Part shown: piece by piece, positions 59,063 through 64,000 of the stretch
Position numbering within the stretch: position 1 is the first letter of the stretch
How the letters are laid out: each line of letters starts with the position of its first letter
Made by a program: the position numbers and the translations under genes
The notes under the pieces: model-generated
The model's database searches: none
The model's input: the letters and a program-made list of their open reading frames with translations, nothing else
What the model was told of the DNA's origin: nothing
Source: Cyanophora paradoxa CCMP329
Lineage: Eukaryota > Plantae > Glaucophyta
Reading direction: 5' to 3'
NCBI GenBank assembly: GCA_004431415.1
Contig: QPMI01000519.1
Location: forward strand, 1 to 64,000
Length of the DNA stretch: 64,000 nt

Positions 59063-62000
59063 TTACACGTCGAACTCGGGGGCGGCCGGCTGGCGCATGT
59101 TGGCGGCCTCGGTGGCCTCCTCCGCGGGGCCGATGAGCACGACGGTCGAGGCCGAGCGCGGGCGCGAGTCGAACGAGGCGTTCGAGGCCGGCTGGATGTT
59201 CTGCGGGGGGCGTTCAGAAAAGAACGAGGAGAAACGCGGTTCGAAAATGCGCACCAGGGTCTGGCCGCGGCTGCCGGCGCTGACAGCGGCCAGAGCAGCG
59301 GAGCGGACCTGGTTGCGCGTGACGAGCATCGCGGCGAGAACGGCGCCAATGGCGAGGCCCGCAATGCCAACGGGGACGGCTGCGCAGGGGACGCCGTGAC
59401 AGTAAGAAATTAAGCGGACTTGGATTTGCAATCAAGATGCCGGCGCGAACCGATGGCGACGGCGAGAAGGGTGTTGGAGGTGCCCGAGGTCGAGGCGGTC
59501 GAGGCGGAGCGAGCGGCGGACGAGGCAGCAGACGAGCCAGCGGCCTCGGCCGCGCCGGTCGCAGACGAGCCGAAGTCGATGCCGATCGACTTGGTGGTAA
59601 GGCTCTTGGCGACGATGCTGTCCGATCCGAGGCTGCCGAAGGGCTTGATGGAGACGCAGGTCTCGCGGTCGGTCGGCTCAGTCGACTTCTTGTTCGCGTA
59701 GTTCTGGGCTGCGTTCGCATTGTTTCATTAACACCGAGCAGACCAAACAGCCGGAAGCGACGAATGGACGTACACGGCTGGTACCAGGTGTAGACGCCGA
59801 CGGTGCCCTGGGTGTTCAGGGGCGGGTTGGTGCTCGGCGAGCAGCAGCCGACGTCGTTGCAGAGCTTGATGGACATCGCATACTGAGGAATTCAAAAACA
59901 CGCGTACGAGTGAGCTTTTGTTTGACGAGGGGGAATAGGAAAATTATACGAAGGAACGCACGCAGTGAGAGGGCTGCACGTTGCTGGCATACGCGAAGTT
60001 GACGTCCTGGTCGGCGACAGACCCGCCCACCTGAAAACACGCGCTCCATTAATCAATACGAATAAATCAAGCGAAATGTATGTATATGTATAGCGATTGC
60101 AATTGGGTTCGAATATCGGAGGGCTGCAGCATAGCGCACATAGAACGTCTGGTACTTGTCGGGGGCGTAGCCGTTCGCGCCGCGGATGTAGCGGAAGAGA
60201 GAGACGTTGAACTCTGCAACAGCAGGTTCTCGTTAGATCGAGATCTTAGCGGTTCTATGTTCAAACGCAAGAGTTCGCACTCGTCGCTGCCTGGCCGGCG
60301 CCGCCGCTGTACGCCACCTTGGGCCAGTAGATGATGGCGTCCTTGAAGCCGTAGAGGCTGAGATCCATGTCGTTCCACTCGAGAAGCGGGCTGTCGTTGG
60401 CCGCGTCGCCGTTCTGGTCGGGGAAGAGCTGCGAGAGCATCGCCACGTTCTTGACGGACTGGCCGCCTGCACGATCGCGGTCGCGATTGTTTATATATAA
60501 ACGTTTACTGATTAAAAAGCCAAGGGCAGAAACGAACCGTAGAGGCCGCCGGTGTAGCCGTTGGGCACATGCGCACGGTCGACCGGCGGGACAGGCACTC
60601 CGCACACCGGAGCGACATCTGCGGAAATCGATAGAGTCAGAGGTGCAATGGTATTTGAAAGAAAAGGCGCAGACGCACTGGGAGCGACAACGACGGTTGT
60701 GTCAGCGTCGCTGCAACCCGCCGAGTTGCATGCCTTCACAGTGAAGGTATAAGTGGTGCCTGCAAATTAATAGAGCGAGTCAGCAAGCAGGACGGAGGCA
60801 GTTGCAATCTAGATCTTGAAACCGGCGCACCAGGGCAGAGGTCGGTCGTGACGCTGAGCCAGGTGGCCGAGTTTTCGGCGACGTACGTGAAGGTCTCGTT
60901 CGTGAGCGCGACGGTCGAGAACGGGGCCGCGTTGCGGGAGGGCGGGCAGCTCTCGGCAGCGTTCGGGTCAGTCTTCGCCAGCGTCATCGTGTAGCTCGTG
61001 ATGGGCGCGCCGCCGTCGTAGCTGGTGCCGTTGTGCGCCGCGGTGGTCGAAGAGCCGGTGGGGAACGTGAAGCTGGTCGGCGCGATGGGCTCGTTCTGCC
61101 AGTGAGGCATGGTCGGCGCGACAGCTGTGCAGTCACGATATTAATTCGATATTGAGGAAACGTGGGAATAATGGAAAAATGAGCGCGCAAACCAGGCGCA
61201 GTGACCACCTCCAGCTCAGAACGTTCGCACTGCAGGGCACCATCCACCGTAACGCAGGCCGAGACAGACACCGTGTAGGTATAGCCTGAGAGGCCAGAAT
61301 GAGAAACAAAAGCTTCCCTTACATAAACTGTCAATCACGGACCAGGGCACAGGTAGTTGATGCTGGTGCCGCTGGTCGCGGGATCGATGTCAGGGTTCGC
61401 CGCGCTTGCCGGCTGGTTGTAGGGGCAGTCGCCAATGCTGTTGTCGGACTTCGCAGCTGCGAGGGAAAGATAGATTAATTATGATGTGCATAATTTATAA
61501 TTAATTCATGTCATGATCATCAAGAAAATGTATGCACCAGACACAATGTCAATCTGGAACTGCGCGAGGAAATCGTCGAGTGAACGCCCATCAGCAATTG
61601 CAATCAGCAAAGCATGCGCAGGGCCGATTGCGAAGATTCGACGCACAGAGTCGGCGGGAAGGACGTCGTCTCCGGTGGGGTAAGTCCAGGTGACGGTGGC
61701 TTCGTAGCCGAGGTCGTAGCTGAAGGTGCCGATGTTGACGTTCGCGTCGGGCGCCCGCAGAGTCTTCGTCGTGTCGGGGCCCGGGGTCGACTCGGGGCCC
61801 GGCGTCGGCGTCGCCTGCGCCGGCATCTCGCAGTTCACGCCGGGGCTCCCGCCGTTGAGGACAGGCTGCAGCAGCTCCTCCTGGGTCTGCCACGTGCATC
61901 CGCCGTTGGCGGGGCAGTTCGGCTTGGGCCCGCAGTTGGCGCCCTGTGAGCTCACATTGTTAGATCGGCAAATTAAAATCAAGGTCGCATGCGCATTATC

Positions 62001-62687
62001 GCGAGCAGCGTCACGCACGAGAACGAAATTCTTCTTCTGGCCGACGCAGTTGGCCGCGGGGCTGTTGCGAGGGAAGCTCAACTCGTACTGGATGACCCAG
62101 TACTCGTCTGCTCCGGAACAAGCGGTGCTTCCATTAACGCTGCACTCTTGCTTCAGCAGCTCAAACTTGTACTGGAAACCGCTGTCCGTCCACTGGGTAG
62201 ACCAAGGGAGGGATGATACGGCCATGCTGATCTCGGGGGTCTGGACGAGGATGCCGTCGCCCTGCTGTCCGTTGATGCCAGACGTTCCCGTGTACCAGAA
62301 CTTCATCTTGTCCGGTTTCCTGCGCGTGCGCACCAGACGAATTTCAGGCGCATGGTCCAGTGGCTTCGAATTTGCACAGCTCGAGGGGGGCAATATTCAA
62401 TGAACGCACACGGCGTAAGCTGTGTTGCCGTCCTTGTAGTGCAGATACGCCTCGCAATTCACGAAACAGTTATCCGGAGAGCAGTTCGGCCTGCGATCTG
62501 GGATCGAACGCGTACGAGACGAACGTGAATATGCACATCATGCGCACCTGTAGCAACGGGAGAGCTCGTTCTGGCCCATGTTGCTTAAGCCTTCGATGCA
62601 GACGGGCGTCGAGCCGGCCGCCGCCAAAGTCGCCGAAAAAGCCAGGAGGCCGAGGGCGACGAGTAGAACCGCGTGCGCGCCCTTCAT
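59063..62687 (-). CDS. Type I membrane/surface protein with fibronectin type III-like domain(s), multi-exon
   Basis: Signal peptide MKGAHAVLLVALGLLAFSATLAAA, Cys-rich ectodomain, FN3-like W...YDGGAPITSYTMTL, Ser/Ala-rich stalk, TM segment VPVGIAGLAIGAVLAAMLV and short tail. Confidence 0.65.
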
Positions 62688-63300
62688 CGCGTGAGGTCTT
62701 AGATTCTGCGCGCTTTCGTCGTTAGCCGCGCCGATCGGGGGCCAGGGGGCCGGGTCTTCGCGCGCGCGCGCGCGGGACGTCCGCGCTGCCCATGGCCAGA
62801 GGCTCAGGATCAAGCGCACCGAATTTCGAACTTCGGCCGGGGATTCGGACGCCGACGTATACGTACAAGATGAGTGTCGCGTGCGAGATTAGTGTGTCTA
62901 ATCGTGCGCGCGGGAAGCCCGTGCGGAGTGCAAGCTCGGCAGGGCAGGGTTTGGCGAGTGCTGCTGCTGTTAGCCACCGGGATGGTAGACTGAGGGTGTA
63001 CCCGTCCAGCTACGGCGTACCCCGACACACGCATACAAGTGACCGCGGCGCTCTAACTAGCCTAGGCGCCGTCGATCTAGCAGCACGAAGGCTGCGCACA
63101 TCATCTAGAACCCTAGCGGCTCACAAACGAGCATCCGCTATAATGTCGGATGCGACAACTCCTCCTCTCGGATCCCGCGTCCGCGCGGGTCTACGCCCTA
63201 AGGCGAACAGAAAGAGGGCCGGGGAAGCCGGGAATTTGATCGAGCCTAAGCTCTCTATACAACGCGACCCCGGCCGCTATATACAAATGCTCGGAGCTAC

Positions 63301-63425
63301 CGGCTACTGCCGGGAATCGAAAAAGGCTCCGAGCCACTCACGCTCGGCGTCACCGGCTACTGCCGGGAATCGAAAAGACGCCGAGCCCATCCATGTCCGG
63401 CAACTGCCGGGAATCGAAAAGACTG
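63301..63425. repeat. Three spaced copies of cggc[t/a]actgccgggaatcgaaaa
   Basis: Copies start at about 63301, 63354 and 63398, just downstream of a ctatataca box. Confidence 0.8.
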
Positions 63426-64000
63426 TCGCCCGGCAGGTGCCGGCACGACTCCAGCGTGGAGCGCCCAGGGGGCAAGGTCCAACTTCGGGCCGGCGGCCCA
63501 GGAAACTCGCACGAGGCGAGCGGATCGGAAGGGAGGAAGCCGAGGAGGCCCTGTCCTCGCCGCGCAGCAAGTTAACCGCAGAGGCGCACGCTGCAACAGC
63601 AATTGCAACGCGGGGCGTGACGCTCGCGGTAGCGCCCAGTAGCCCCAGCGCAATGCCCGTCCCAAAACGTAGGGCTAAGCAGCTCGTCTAGCGCCACTGC
63701 TCAGGCATGCGCCGCGCTCTCGCGGTCCGCCACGGCGTCGGATTAGGGGCTGAGAAGCCCACAACGGCGGTGGAGCTAGTAACTCCAGGGCAAGGCTAGA
63801 CGCCGCCCACAAGGTGCCCTCGTCGCCATCGTACGGCGGGAGGTACCCTGCCCGACCCGTGCTCGCGCGTCATTAAGGGGACGCGGCCCTCCAGGCGGTC
63901 CACCACCGAGCGTCCCCGGTGTGGAGCCCTGTATGGGGGAATTGTGCATCCCCAGTCATCGTACCCGGGGCGGGACCCGGCGTCACGACCGCCTGTGTGT

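Overview
Eukaryotic window from a very GC-rich, intron-dense protist or alga. The style resembles the glaucophyte Cyanophora, but that is inference only. The first 17.4 kb holds two different endogenous Polinton/Maverick-like DNA viruses about 1.4 kb apart. Element A (<1 to ~4850, AT-rich, cut by the window edge) encodes a double-jelly-roll major capsid protein, two divergently arranged minor-capsid-like genes and a small DUF5710-like ORF. It also carries a duplicated iteron/AT-core array resembling a replication origin. Element B (6230-17378, ~11.15 kb) has both ends in the window, with ~430-bp terminal inverted repeats and a 6-bp GGGGCC target-site duplication. It encodes a minor capsid protein, major capsid protein, A32-type packaging ATPase, HNH-AP2 endonuclease, AT-hook protein, rve integrase and protein-primed PolB. 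It sits inside a host reading frame that is restored in silico when the element is removed. The element B frameshifts examined are single-base losses in short homopolymers and are probably assembly errors. The remaining ~46 kb holds spliced host genes: TOGARAM-like, IKS1-like kinase, three F-box/LRR genes, a TOG + PPP1R42-like LRR protein, an ADCY10-like soluble adenylate cyclase, a TPR protein and an FN3 membrane protein. GC-AG introns are strikingly frequent. Host gene boundaries are approximate because they were spliced by eye. No rRNA, tRNA or CRISPR array was recognised.
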